Shown: piece after piece, positions 28,651 to 40,851 of the stretch
Numbering within the stretch: position 1 is the stretch's first letter
Layout of the letters: each line of letters starts with the position of its first letter
Assembly: GCA_048938005.1 (NCBI GenBank)
Contig: JBHLMQ010000005.1
Location: 1-44,155, forward strand
DNA: 44,155 nt
Reading direction: 5' to 3'
Source of the DNA: Promethearchaeota archaeon
Lineage (GTDB): Archaea; Asgardarchaeota; Lokiarchaeia; Sigyniarchaeales; SOKP01
Notes under the pieces: generated by a model
What the model saw: only the letters and a program-made list of their open reading frames with translations
The model's database searches: none
What the model was told of the DNA's origin: nothing
Program-made: the position numbers and the translations under genes

Positions 28651-28989
28651 TTAAATTGCTTTCTTTCCATTAATTGCCTCAATAGAGGTTAGATATTCGT
28701 TGTATAATGCTTCAATCAATTTGAATTGTTTAGCTTTATTAAAGGCAAATAGAAATAATTGATTAAGTGTTTTTCCATTATTAATCTCATAAATATCATC
28801 ACTAAATCCCAATTTTTCACTATGCTGATCAAGAAAATTACATAAAATATACCTATTTTCATTTCTCATGTTAATTTTATTCAATGCTCCAAACATTCTT
28901 AGAATTAGAGGTCCTTGATATTTAATTTTATTATGATGCAATGATTGAAACATTTTTAAGTATTTATTCCGTTTTAAGGAAACCGACAT
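28651..28989 (-). CDS. Hypothetical protein
   Basis: 112-aa ORF filling an intergenic gap, no recognised motif. Confidence 0.65.
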   Translation of the reverse strand: MSVSLKRNKYLKMFQSLHHNKIKYQGPLILRMFGALNKINMRNENRYILCNFLDQHSEKLGFSDDIYEINNGKTLNQLFLFAFNKAKQFKLIEALYNEYLTSIEAINGKKAI

Positions 28990-29049
28990 AAATAATGAAT
29001 TTAAACAATGATTATTGAAAGAAAGTGTTACAGTGATATTATATTCACT

Positions 29050-29328
29050 TTAAAATGCATAATCAAATCCTTTAAATTCATTCGTTGGTGTGGTATATTT
29101 ATGTTCAACTCTTTCTACCTGAGCGTGTTTAGGTCCTTTTTTAGAAAACTCTAAAAGTTCAAGTAATTTATCAGCTGGACCTACAGCTTCAATATATACT
29201 GTACCGTCAGCCATATTTTTAACATATCCAGTTAAACCTAATTTTCGTGCTATCTTTCGAGTAGTATAACGAAAAAAAACTCCCTGGACAAGTCCATAGA
29301 CTTTAATTATTATTTTAGATTCTTTCAT
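29050..29328 (-). CDS. acyP: Acylphosphatase
   Basis: GLVQGVFFR, GYVKN..DGTV, GP. Confidence 0.95.
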   Translation of the reverse strand: MKESKIIIKVYGLVQGVFFRYTTRKIARKLGLTGYVKNMADGTVYIEAVGPADKLLELLEFSKKGPKHAQVERVEHKYTTPTNEFKGFDYAF

Positions 29329-29960
29329 ACATTCAAATAGTAAATATCTTTCTTTGAGTTATATCCAACAACTTTATTTTTTATTAATGTTTCAAGGACA
29401 TTGAATAACCATCGTTTACTCGTTTTTATTGATTTCTCAATGTCACGTAGAGTAAGACTATCATTTATCGCTAATAAAAATAGGATTTTACTTTTTACAG
29501 ATAAATGATTTGATTTTGTAATAATTTCAAATTTTACTTCATAATCATACTCTCTTGTCTTTAAATATGCCACTTCATTACTTAGTTTCGTTATTACTTC
29601 ATCAGTGGTCCTGAAGGCATCTAAACTAATATGAAACATAGTCTCAAGATGTTTTTTTAATTTCTCTTCTTCCGTTTCTTTATCAATCTCTTGATTAAAT
29701 TTCTCAAGAATTTCTAAATAATCATTGCCATCATCAAACTTACTTAAAACTAAAACGATTATTATTTCCTTATTTTCATTATAATAAGAAACAGAATTCC
29801 AATTTTTTTCTTCCGTAATAATATAAGATTCAGTAAAGTTATGTGATATTGTTATTTGTTGGACAACAGGGTTTGGGACCTCTAGAGATTCTGGGTATTT
29901 TAAGTAAATTTGCCCTCCTTCAACCTCATCCCAACGAATTAGAAAGATCCCTGTAGGCAT
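29325..29960 (-). CDS. uDENN/longin-like domain - coiled coil - winged helix protein
   Basis: N-terminal GIFLIRWDEVEGGQIYLKYP, heptad segment VITKLSNEVAYLK, C-terminal wHTH (KILFLL..LTLRDIEKSI..WLFNVLETLIKNKVVGY..YYL). Confidence 0.6.
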   Translation of the reverse strand: MPTGIFLIRWDEVEGGQIYLKYPESLEVPNPVVQQITISHNFTESYIITEEKNWNSVSYYNENKEIIIVLVLSKFDDGNDYLEILEKFNQEIDKETEEEKLKKHLETMFHISLDAFRTTDEVITKLSNEVAYLKTREYDYEVKFEIITKSNHLSVKSKILFLLAINDSLTLRDIEKSIKTSKRWLFNVLETLIKNKVVGYNSKKDIYYLNV

Positions 29961-30186
29961 AGTAATCCTAATTTTGATGCTATATAAGGATAAAATCTAT
30001 TTTGAATCTTAATAATAAAATAATAGTTTATTATTAAAAATTTAATTTTTATTTACTTAATTAATCAATTATGTTATCGTTATATATATACTATGAAAGT
30101 AAGCTAGAAAAATTAATCTAATACTTACAGAGAATACCTAAAAAAATAAATAATACAATATTGATTTATCACATAGAGGATTAGAT

Positions 30187-30462
30187 ATGGTTGTATACTA
30201 TGTATATATTTTAGAGGTTGTTGCTAAGACAGGAAAAAAAAGCTATTATACCGGATACACCAACAATCTCTATAGGAGGTGGCATGAACATCGCAATGGA
30301 AAAGGAGCCAAGTTTTGTCGGGGCAGAAAACATATTAAGTTAAAATATTTTGAAACACATCCAAATAGAAAGGAGGCAATGAGAAGAGAATTGCAAATAA
30401 AGTCTTTTTCTAAGCGACAGAAAAGGGATTTAATAAAGACTATAAATATCAATATAAATTAG
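30187..30462 (+). CDS. GIY-YIG nuclease family protein (UPF0213)
   Basis: YVYIL..YTGYTNNL.RR..EH..GKGAKF..A.RRE.QIK. Confidence 0.9.
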   Translation: MVVYYVYILEVVAKTGKKSYYTGYTNNLYRRWHEHRNGKGAKFCRGRKHIKLKYFETHPNRKEAMRRELQIKSFSKRQKRDLIKTINININ

Positions 30463-31281
30463 ATGATTAAATTCTTGATCAACCAAAACTTTTTAATCTG
30501 TTTAGTAGGATTACCTGCTTCTGGTAAAAGTGTGTTTGCTAATAAACTAAAGATTGCCCTCAAGAAAAGATTTGATAATCAGGATGTTAAGATCATAGAT
30601 CCTGATAAAATAAGACAAATATTAACTCCAGATCAATTTAATCATGAAAAAGAATATATTGTTAGAAATGAAAATTTAAAAATAATAAAGGAGGAGTTGG
30701 AAAAAGGAAATATTGTAATCAGTGATGATTTAAACTACTATTCTAGTATGAGACATGATTTAAAAAATATTGCTGATACTCTTAATTTAAATTTTTTTAT
30801 AATTCATATAGCTACTTCTATTAGAACCTGTTTAAAGTGGAATGAAGAAAGAGATAAACCAATTCCAAATGAAGTAATAAATAAAATTCATGATAGGTTT
30901 GATAAATTTAATAAATATAATTGGGATTTCCCTATTGCAAAATATGATATGTCCAAGATATCAGATCTAACCTTTGTAATTGAAGAACTTTTAGATAAGA
31001 TAGAAACAAAGATGGTTTTTTTAAAGAAAGAAGTAAAAACAAGAAAAATTATGATTTTTTCGAATATGAATAATGAGATTCTCGACAAAATCACAAGAAT
31101 TTATGTAGGAAAACTTATACAACATCCTAGTTTTTTCCTCTTAAAAAAAAGGATTATTAAATTAAGAAAAACCTTTATCAAACAAAATAAGAATAAAGCA
31201 CTCAGAGAACCAGAAATTTTAAAATCATTTAAAAACTTTCTCGAAGAAAATTTAAACATAAAGATTTATCAAAATCTCTAA
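30463..31281 (+). CDS. L-seryl-tRNA(Sec) kinase PSTK / KTI12-like P-loop kinase
   Basis: ICLVGLPASGKS, D..R, ISDDLNYYSSMR, WN..R...IP.EVI, Y.WD.P, helical C-terminal domain LDKITR. Confidence 0.8.
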   Translation: MIKFLINQNFLICLVGLPASGKSVFANKLKIALKKRFDNQDVKIIDPDKIRQILTPDQFNHEKEYIVRNENLKIIKEELEKGNIVISDDLNYYSSMRHDLKNIADTLNLNFFIIHIATSIRTCLKWNEERDKPIPNEVINKIHDRFDKFNKYNWDFPIAKYDMSKISDLTFVIEELLDKIETKMVFLKKEVKTRKIMIFSNMNNEILDKITRIYVGKLIQHPSFFLLKKRIIKLRKTFIKQNKNKALREPEILKSFKNFLEENLNIKIYQNL

Positions 31282-31374
31282 TAATGAATTTTTATAAAAA
31301 TTAAAGAAAAAGAAATTAAACCATTATTACTTTATTCAATTGTGTTGATAATTATATTTTCAAAATTTTGATAA

Positions 31375-33672
<2,298 letters not shown>

Positions 33673-33794
33673 CTAAGCTTTCAGTAATAATTTTTTATTT
33701 TTTTCTAAATAGTTAGTTCCAAATTAATATTGAAAAGTTTTATTAAAAGCTCAACTTAATTATCATTATTCAAATAATTTTAGAGAGATTAAAA

Positions 33795-34997
33795 ATGAGT
33801 GAAATTAAAATAGATTGGAGAGGACATATGAAAAAGTATCAAGCAGCAATGGAGGAATTAAAGCTTGATTTCTGTGTTCTTACTCGTGTAAAATCTATTA
33901 CTTATCTTTCTGGTTGTTTTGTCCCTTGGAAAAGTTATATTTTTCTACCTAAAGAAGGAGCTGGAGAACCAATACTCTATACTGTTCTTTTAGATATTGA
34001 ACGTGTTAGAGCAGAAGGCCAATTAAAAAATGTACAAGGGTGGGGCCCTATACGTGGATATTTTTGGGAAAAAAAAATTCAAAAAGCAGCAAAAAAAGCA
34101 GGATTATGTGATACTAAAGGGGCTCCTCCTAGAATTGGGGTAGAACTTGGAACAGATATCTGCGTAACTGGGCAAATGCTCTCATATACGGAAGCAGAAT
34201 TATTAAAAAAAGTTTTTCCAGGATGTGAATTAGTAGATTTTAATGAAAAAACTGAGAGAATTCAATTTATTAAAGAACCAGAGGAAATTGCTATGCTTCG
34301 TAAAGCATCTGAAATTACTGATATTGGACAACACGCTGTTAAAAAAGAGTTAAGTGAACGTCCTACAGGAAAAATTTTCACTGAAAATGAGATTGCGGGA
34401 ATAGGTACATTAGCTATGAGAAAAGCAGGAAGCAATTATGAATGGACTTTCACAGGAAGTCAGGAGATCGGCTCAGGTCATCGAGCAAGCTGGACTTTTA
34501 ATGGATGTACTCCTGCAACTAATAAAAAAATAAATGAAGGAGAATCTTTACTTGTCGATTTACACAGTGAATATGGTTGTTATCTTGGAGACCTAAGCCA
34601 TAATTATGTTCTTGGAAAATGTCCTCCAGAATTGAAAGCTTTTAATGATGTTTATGAGCAATTATGCTACGCTCTTATTGATAATATGTATCCTGGAAAT
34701 ACATTCGAAAATTGTTATCAAGAAGTACGAAAAGTGGCAGATAAAGAAGGATATGCTAATGATTTATTCTTTGGAATAGGTCATGGAATAGGTTGTATAG
34801 GAAATGAGTCATGGCCAGTTGTAGTACCTCAAAAAGAATGGGGCTCAATGATCTTTGAGGAAAATATGGTTGAAATTGCAGCAATAGTATTTAATCGTCC
34901 AAGACTTGGGGGACTTCGACTTGAATCACCTACACTCGTTACAAATAAGGGTGCTGAAGTCTTACCAAAAACAAAATTCGAGGTTGACTATGTTTAA
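33795..34997 (+). CDS. M24 family (Xaa-Pro peptidase/creatinase fold) hydrolase
   Basis: IKEPEEIAMLRKA, TENEIA, VDL..Y.GDLSH, GHGIG, GLRLES. Confidence 0.85.
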   Translation: MSEIKIDWRGHMKKYQAAMEELKLDFCVLTRVKSITYLSGCFVPWKSYIFLPKEGAGEPILYTVLLDIERVRAEGQLKNVQGWGPIRGYFWEKKIQKAAKKAGLCDTKGAPPRIGVELGTDICVTGQMLSYTEAELLKKVFPGCELVDFNEKTERIQFIKEPEEIAMLRKASEITDIGQHAVKKELSERPTGKIFTENEIAGIGTLAMRKAGSNYEWTFTGSQEIGSGHRASWTFNGCTPATNKKINEGESLLVDLHSEYGCYLGDLSHNYVLGKCPPELKAFNDVYEQLCYALIDNMYPGNTFENCYQEVRKVADKEGYANDLFFGIGHGIGCIGNESWPVVVPQKEWGSMIFEENMVEIAAIVFNRPRLGGLRLESPTLVTNKGAEVLPKTKFEVDYV

Positions 34998-35032
34998 TTT
35001 TTTTGCATTTTTAATAATTTTAAAAATAGAAG

Positions 35033-36184
35033 TTATAAATTATGTATAAACTTCTCAATTCTATTCATCGCTTCTTTAAGTTTCTCCATTTCCGTTGCAT
35101 AAGATATTCGTATCATATGATCTGAAAAAGATCCAAAAATGCCTCCTGGTATAATTGCTACAGCTTGTTCTTTCATTATATCTTGTGAAAATTTAGTCCC
35201 ATTAATATTGAATTTTTTTGTTGAGGGCATTATATAAAAAGCTCCCAGTGGCTTTAAAACATCAAAACCAATTTCTTTTAATCGATTATATACGAAATTT
35301 CTCCTGTTATTAAAACTCTCCCAAATCTTATTAAAAAATTTAGGATCCATTTTTAAGGCTTCAATAAAACCATATTGAGCAGCATGATTAGTTCCTGCAA
35401 CAGTATATTGATGGTATTTTTCCATTAAATCTATTATTTTTTTTGATGCAACAGCATAACCCAATCTAAATCCAGTAGCAGAAAAGAATTTTGACATTGC
35501 ATTTACGGTAATGGTTCTTTCAAACATACCATTTAATGAAGCTGGACTTACATGTTTTAATCCATCGTAGATATATTTTTCATAAACCTCATCAGTAATT
35601 AAATATAAATCATTTTCAATAATTATATCAACAATTTCTTTCAATTCTGTTAAACTTAGAGCATGACCAGTAGGATTATTCGGAGTATTGATCAACATTG
35701 CTTTTGTTTTATTTGTAATTGAATTTCTTATACCTTCAATATTAGGGCTAAAATCTTTATTTCGCTCAACTTCTATTACTTTTACACGAAAAAATAAAGC
35801 GCAGTAAAAATAAGATACAAAATTTGGTGAAGAAATAATCAACTCATCTCCAGGGTTAAAAATTGAAGCAAATGCTAAAGAAACTGCTTGACTAGCACCA
35901 TTAGTCACAATAATATTGTCTCTCCAATTTACATTGATACCATTACTTTTACTCAGTTTCTTCTCTATCAATTCTAATAGCTCTGGAACTCCTCTAGTAG
36001 GGGCATACATAGTAATATTTTTTTTTAAGGCGTTAATATTTCCTTGAATAGCTGGCTCAGGCGTTCTAAAATCTGGTTGTCCAATTCCAAGACTAATAAC
36101 ATCTGAACGACCTAAGGCAAAATCAAATAATTCTCTGATTGCTGATTTTGGAGCTTTAGATACGCTATGAGAAGTTTCTTTCAT
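35033..36184 (-). CDS. PLP-dependent aminotransferase class I/II (aspartate aminotransferase-like)
   Basis: LGIGQPDF, NTPNNPTG, DEVY, SKFFSATGFRLG, IRISYA. Confidence 0.93.
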   Translation of the reverse strand: MKETSHSVSKAPKSAIRELFDFALGRSDVISLGIGQPDFRTPEPAIQGNINALKKNITMYAPTRGVPELLELIEKKLSKSNGINVNWRDNIIVTNGASQAVSLAFASIFNPGDELIISSPNFVSYFYCALFFRVKVIEVERNKDFSPNIEGIRNSITNKTKAMLINTPNNPTGHALSLTELKEIVDIIIENDLYLITDEVYEKYIYDGLKHVSPASLNGMFERTITVNAMSKFFSATGFRLGYAVASKKIIDLMEKYHQYTVAGTNHAAQYGFIEALKMDPKFFNKIWESFNNRRNFVYNRLKEIGFDVLKPLGAFYIMPSTKKFNINGTKFSQDIMKEQAVAIIPGGIFGSFSDHMIRISYATEMEKLKEAMNRIEKFIHNL

Positions 36185-36272
36185 GATAAATACTCTTAAA
36201 GTAAATAGTATAAAAAGTCCATTTGTTAATATATTGATACAAAAAAGAGTTTTTTGATGCTATTAAAATTTT

Positions 36273-36821
36273 TTAAATATTTACCCCATGATTACTTAAA
36301 ATTTGATTCACTAAAAGAGAAAAAGCTTCTTCTATATTTTCGCCGAGTTTTGCGCTTGTTTCAATAAAATGGCTGGCTTTAATTTTTGTAGCTAATTCTC
36401 TTCCTCTTTCTGTAGGTATTACTCTCTGATTTTTTAAATCAGTTTTATTTCCAATTAGTACATACACACCTTTTTTCTTTACATACTTTTTGAAGTCTCG
36501 CAACCATTTAGAATTTATACTATCAAATGTATTATACCGAGTAACATCATAAACTAATAGAGCCCCTTCGCACCCCTGAAAATACATACTGCGAACTACG
36601 CGATACTTTTCTTGACCTGCTAAATCCCAGATAATAAGTCTAACCCCTACATTTGATTTTCCTATGTTTACATCCTTTCTGACAATGTTAGCCCCTAATG
36701 TAGGTTTGTAATCTTCGGTGAATTTACTTTCAACAAATTGATTTATCAAGGAAGTTTTGCCGACTGCGGAGTCTCCCAATAATACTATCTTATATACAAA
36801 CTCGCGTAATTCTGTTGACAT
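36273..36821 (-). CDS. Rab-like small GTPase
   Basis: GDSAVGKT, PTLGAN, WDLAGQ, NKTD, TSAK. Confidence 0.95.
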   Translation of the reverse strand: MSTELREFVYKIVLLGDSAVGKTSLINQFVESKFTEDYKPTLGANIVRKDVNIGKSNVGVRLIIWDLAGQEKYRVVRSMYFQGCEGALLVYDVTRYNTFDSINSKWLRDFKKYVKKKGVYVLIGNKTDLKNQRVIPTERGRELATKIKASHFIETSAKLGENIEEAFSLLVNQILSNHGVNI

Positions 36822-36956
36822 TCTTTAGCAATTTATATTTTGTTTTACCATTATTTAATACTTTATTTCAAACTTTTAGGTGAAATTTTTTTTTAATAAC
36901 AAATATAGGGATTTCTTCAATCCACAATAGCAATATATTTTTTGTCAAATGAATAT

Positions 36957-37517
36957 TTAAGACTTTTCAATTCTCAGTTTAGCAATAAAACTATTGTGAT
37001 TAGGATTGTTTATATTTTCTTTCTCTCTTTCATAGATAACCTTTTGTTCTGATGGTAATGATTTTTGTAATGAATTAACTAAGAATCCCTTAAATAAATC
37101 GCAAGGAACTCCGATCTCAGAACAGAAAATACACCTGTCTACTTGGAGAATAATTTCATTTTCGTTATTTTTAATAATATTAACTTTCCACTTAGCTATA
37201 ATAGAAGAATTAATTTCATCTATTATTTCTTCAAAATTTTTCCCATAGGGAAATAAATAGAAAGAGAACTTTTTTCCAATTTCAAAAAGAAGGTCCGGAG
37301 AATCATATAATAAGCAATTTTGAGCAGAAATGATTTTCTTAAAGGAAAAGAAGTCTAGTGTATTATTAGGATCTTCATCTTTTATATCTTTTATGTGTAG
37401 CATTTCTGCTTCTCTTAGGATAGATTTCATTCCATCATAATCAAGAATATCATTATATGCTTGGAGAAGTGCTACAACAACCCTATTTTTTACAAATCCT
37501 TTATAATCTCCAATCAT
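36957..37517 (-). CDS. V4R/HNOB-like ligand-binding domain protein
   Basis: N-terminal A..DIL..DG..SIL, EIGKKF, CIFC..PCDLFKGFL; C-terminal Cys residues degenerate. Confidence 0.65.
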   Translation of the reverse strand: MIGDYKGFVKNRVVVALLQAYNDILDYDGMKSILREAEMLHIKDIKDEDPNNTLDFFSFKKIISAQNCLLYDSPDLLFEIGKKFSFYLFPYGKNFEEIIDEINSSIIAKWKVNIIKNNENEIILQVDRCIFCSEIGVPCDLFKGFLVNSLQKSLPSEQKVIYEREKENINNPNHNSFIAKLRIEKS

Positions 37518-37576
37518 TTCATTCTAATTTTATAACTTGTTTTTTAAGAATTTTAACATTTTAAGTTAACCTTATT

Positions 37577-38005
37577 TTATAATGCTAATAATGATAAACC
37601 AAATTGAGGATCAATAACCCGTTTTATCTTTTTGTCAATTTCCAAGATGTAAACTTCTCCTGTTATTGATATTATACTTGGTTGCATTAAGTGCCCTCCA
37701 ATTATATTATAATCTCTTGTTCCTATGGAAACGTGTAAATGTATTATTGGTTTTCCCTCTTTAAAGGATATATTTCCCATACATGAAACTAATTCAACAT
37801 ACTCTTCAATTGTACTAGTTAAATATTCTTTAGATTCAACATCAAAATATCCTATTGTTATTTTTTTTAAAGCTCCAATACAATTGATAAATCCTGATTT
37901 AATATCAGAGTCTTTCACCATCTTTATTATTGAGTTAATCAAATCCTCATCAGGTTCTATTTTTCCAACAATTACCCTTTTAACTTTAGTTTCAATACTT
38001 TTCAA
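37577..38005 (-). CDS. PPC domain / DUF296 protein
   Basis: CIGAL, ELVSCMGNIS, HLHVS, GGHL, TGE. Confidence 0.9.
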   Translation of the reverse strand: MKSIETKVKRVIVGKIEPDEDLINSIIKMVKDSDIKSGFINCIGALKKITIGYFDVESKEYLTSTIEEYVELVSCMGNISFKEGKPIIHLHVSIGTRDYNIIGGHLMQPSIISITGEVYILEIDKKIKRVIDPQFGLSLLAL

Positions 38006-38346
38006 ATAATTTCACTAAATTGCTATAGATATAGATATTAAAATTAGATTCTTATCTCTAAATTTACTAGAACAGTAATTACTAATTTTTTTAAGGCAAA
38101 TTCAACATTATCCCGGTATTTAGCACGTGTTTCAGAAAACAATATTTTTTTCATTTTCACCAACCATTATCGCTCCAAAGATCGTTTTTAATTTTTTATA
38201 GATAAGATAAATTCATATTTTTTATAGTTGAGCTATAGGAGATATTTTTTTGTGTTTGCTACAAATTATAATTTCATCTTCAATTCGAAAAATTAATTAT
38301 AGTAGACTTTCATACCCATTATTAGTAGATTAGAAAGTGAAATATT

Positions 38347-39309
38347 ATGACAGAAAAAATTGAAATATCAGGTGTTGAATTATTATTATCTGAGCCTGCT
38401 CAAGTTGACATGGAATGGGTTGGAAATGATGATCTAATTAACCAATTAAAAGCAGCATGGATGGTTGTTGATAAAGATGATCTTCCCCTTAATCCTCGGA
38501 TTCTTGGTAAACCAGGAATTGGTAAAACAACACTTGGTTATGCCGCAGGAAAAAGATTAGGAAAGGATGTATATATGTTTCAATGTACAATGGATACTCG
38601 CCCTGAAGATTTGCTAATCAGTCCAGTAATCGCGTCAGGGAATAAAATTGCATATGTTGCTAGTTCTTTAGTATCTGCTATGGTAAAGGGAGGAGTATGC
38701 CTTTTGGATGAGGGAAATAGAATGAGTGAAAAAAGTTGGGCTTCCCTTGCACCTTTAATGGATAAAAGACGTTATATTGAGAGTATTATTGCAGGTATTA
38801 GAATTTACGCTCATCCCGAGTTTCGATTATGTGTTACTATGAACGCCGATTCAAGTACTTATGAGATTCCGGAATATATTCAATCCCGTTTACAACCTAA
38901 GATATATATAGATTTTCCAAATAAAGTAGATGAGCTTAAAATTTTAAAGTATAATTTACCATTTGCTTCAGAGGAAATATTAGAATATTGTGTAAATTTT
39001 CTTCAGAATGCTCACATCCATGACGAACCTTATACTGTTAGAGATGGCATTAATATTTTAAGATATTATATTAAATCAAAATTGATGAATAAAGAAAATC
39101 AAGATAAATTAGAAAAGAAAACGTTTGAAAACGCTGCAATTCGGGTATTAGAAGAAGCAGCATTAAAATATTTACCTGGAAATTATGAAGAGTTTTTGAA
39201 AGAGCAGAAAGAATCAATTTCTTTTAAGATATTTAAAAATATTGAAGAAGTTAATGATTATTATGATAAATTTGTAAAAAAGCCTGATAAAGATTCAAAT
39301 GGAGAATAG
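38347..39309 (+). CDS. MoxR-like AAA+ ATPase (AAA_5)
   Basis: GKPGIGKT, CLLDEGNR, AHPEFRLCVTMN, SRL, TVRDG. Confidence 0.9.
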   Translation: MTEKIEISGVELLLSEPAQVDMEWVGNDDLINQLKAAWMVVDKDDLPLNPRILGKPGIGKTTLGYAAGKRLGKDVYMFQCTMDTRPEDLLISPVIASGNKIAYVASSLVSAMVKGGVCLLDEGNRMSEKSWASLAPLMDKRRYIESIIAGIRIYAHPEFRLCVTMNADSSTYEIPEYIQSRLQPKIYIDFPNKVDELKILKYNLPFASEEILEYCVNFLQNAHIHDEPYTVRDGINILRYYIKSKLMNKENQDKLEKKTFENAAIRVLEEAALKYLPGNYEEFLKEQKESISFKIFKNIEEVNDYYDKFVKKPDKDSNGE

Positions 39310-39475
39310 GCCTTATATTAAGTTTAGAAATATTTATGTTATCCCCACTTTCCATTCACGAATTGAATTTGCTAAATTAGCTAAGGTAACTTTATGTTAA
39401 TTTTTTTCTGATATTTGTCCGTTTAATATCTCTTATAATATTAAGAAAGAAGTTATTTAGCCAATTGAGTGATTA
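39299..39475 (+). pseudogene. Decayed duplicate of the 5' end of the 41741..43732 gene
   Basis: MENRPYIKFRNIYVIPTFHSRIEFAKLAKVTLC*FFSDI...NIKKEVI*PIE*L aligns without gaps to MNKNPYIRFRNIFVIPTFHSRIEFAKLVRTALFKAFPDV...NMRDEVIEAIDRL. Confidence 0.88.
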
Positions 39476-39561
39476 TAAAAAATTGTCACTAATAGAAATA
39501 ATAATAAATATGGATATAAAAAAAAAAAAGAATTAAGGATTTGAAAGTTAAATGTGGAACA

Positions 39562-40851
39562 TTACTTTCTATACACACCATATTTAAATACTGCGTCTGT
39601 CATTGCTTTCACACATTCAGGTTTGGCCTCATCTGGTATTCCAGATACTCCACCATCGACAATGAAACCTCCACCTTCAGCGCATCCTTCTATAATCTTT
39701 TTAACATACTCATCAACTTGTTGGGGTGTACCAGTTGATAACATTGAGGCAGGTACATTTCCTCTTATCGTAACGTAATCACCAAACACCTCTTTTGCGT
39801 GAATTATGTCGGTCCTATCAAACCAATAAATCATTTTACCTTTATGTTTTTTGGCGAATTCTTCTAAATAATCAAGGCGTTCATTATAACCTCCTTCCCA
39901 AAATGGACAGGGTATAAGATTGTTTTGTATCAATGCTTCCATAATTGCTGTTAGAGTAGGAAAATAAAATTCTTCAAATTGTTCCCTGCTCATAAATCCA
40001 TCTGCTCCTCTATGTAGGGGAATGAAAACAATAGGGTTATCTGGAGCCATTTTTGCTGCTATAAGGGTAGCTTGAATTGAACTTGGAACTAATAATTCTA
40101 ATAATTTCTTTAACTTTTCAGGTCTTCTATACATATCTAACATACCACCCCTCATACCTCTTAAAAATTCACTGCACACATCATAAGGAGCCTGAACAAA
40201 ATTCGCAAATCCAGTAGGGTAGCCTAAATTTTTCATATCTTCAACATATTTATTGCTAGCTTCGACATATTCGAAAACCTTTACTGCAGCTTGTCCAATA
40301 GCTTTAAACATTTCTTGATTTGGTGGTAACGCGAAAAAAAGAGGCAAATTAAGGAATGCACCATAGCCGCTAACCAAATTTATTAAACCGGGAAACATAG
40401 AAAATCCTTGCAAATTATTATGATGCCGAGGAATAATCTTTCGGAGCGCAAACCCGGTAGGATCAAGAAAAAATTCTTCATACTCATCAGCCTTCATGTA
40501 TTCTCCTTCAACATATTGAAAATGAACATCATCTCTTAATTTTTGCTTTTCATCAGCGGCGGCTGGCCATTTAAAAAATTGTATACCTAACGCATCTAAA
40601 GTGCCTGCAGGAAAAACTCCCAACAAAGGCGGAACCATATCCCAATTCATAGGACTGAACACTTCAAAAGAAGCTTGAGCTAATTTTTGCGGTTCGTACA
40701 TTGCTTCTTTCTTTGTATATCCTTTTTGTACAGTTGCGTAAAACATTGACATAGGTGTTATTGGCACTCTATCTGGTTCTTTTAAGCTAATAGTAGTCAT
40801 AACACGTTCCATTCGTTCTTTATATAGTTCTTCTGGACTTTTCTCACCCAT
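39562..40851 (-). CDS. Uroporphyrinogen decarboxylase-fold protein (MtaA/CmuA-like methylcobamide methyltransferase)
   Basis: EPDRVP, YMKADEY, LRGM..DMYRRPE, PLH, FMS..QFEEFY.P, GNVP..L..GTP, GGGFI. Start placed at ATG 40851, which overlaps the upstream stop (TAATG). Confidence 0.85.
   Translation of the reverse strand: MGEKSPEELYKERMERVMTTISLKEPDRVPITPMSMFYATVQKGYTKKEAMYEPQKLAQASFEVFSPMNWDMVPPLLGVFPAGTLDALGIQFFKWPAAADEKQKLRDDVHFQYVEGEYMKADEYEEFFLDPTGFALRKIIPRHHNNLQGFSMFPGLINLVSGYGAFLNLPLFFALPPNQEMFKAIGQAAVKVFEYVEASNKYVEDMKNLGYPTGFANFVQAPYDVCSEFLRGMRGGMLDMYRRPEKLKKLLELLVPSSIQATLIAAKMAPDNPIVFIPLHRGADGFMSREQFEEFYFPTLTAIMEALIQNNLIPCPFWEGGYNERLDYLEEFAKKHKGKMIYWFDRTDIIHAKEVFGDYVTIRGNVPASMLSTGTPQQVDEYVKKIIEGCAEGGGFIVDGGVSGIPDEAKPECVKAMTDAVFKYGVYRK

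Noticed and set aside
30187-30462. GIY-YIG ORF as a homing endonuclease or mobile element
   Set aside because: Only 91 aa, no DNA-binding extension, no intron/intein context or flanking repeats; fits UPF0213
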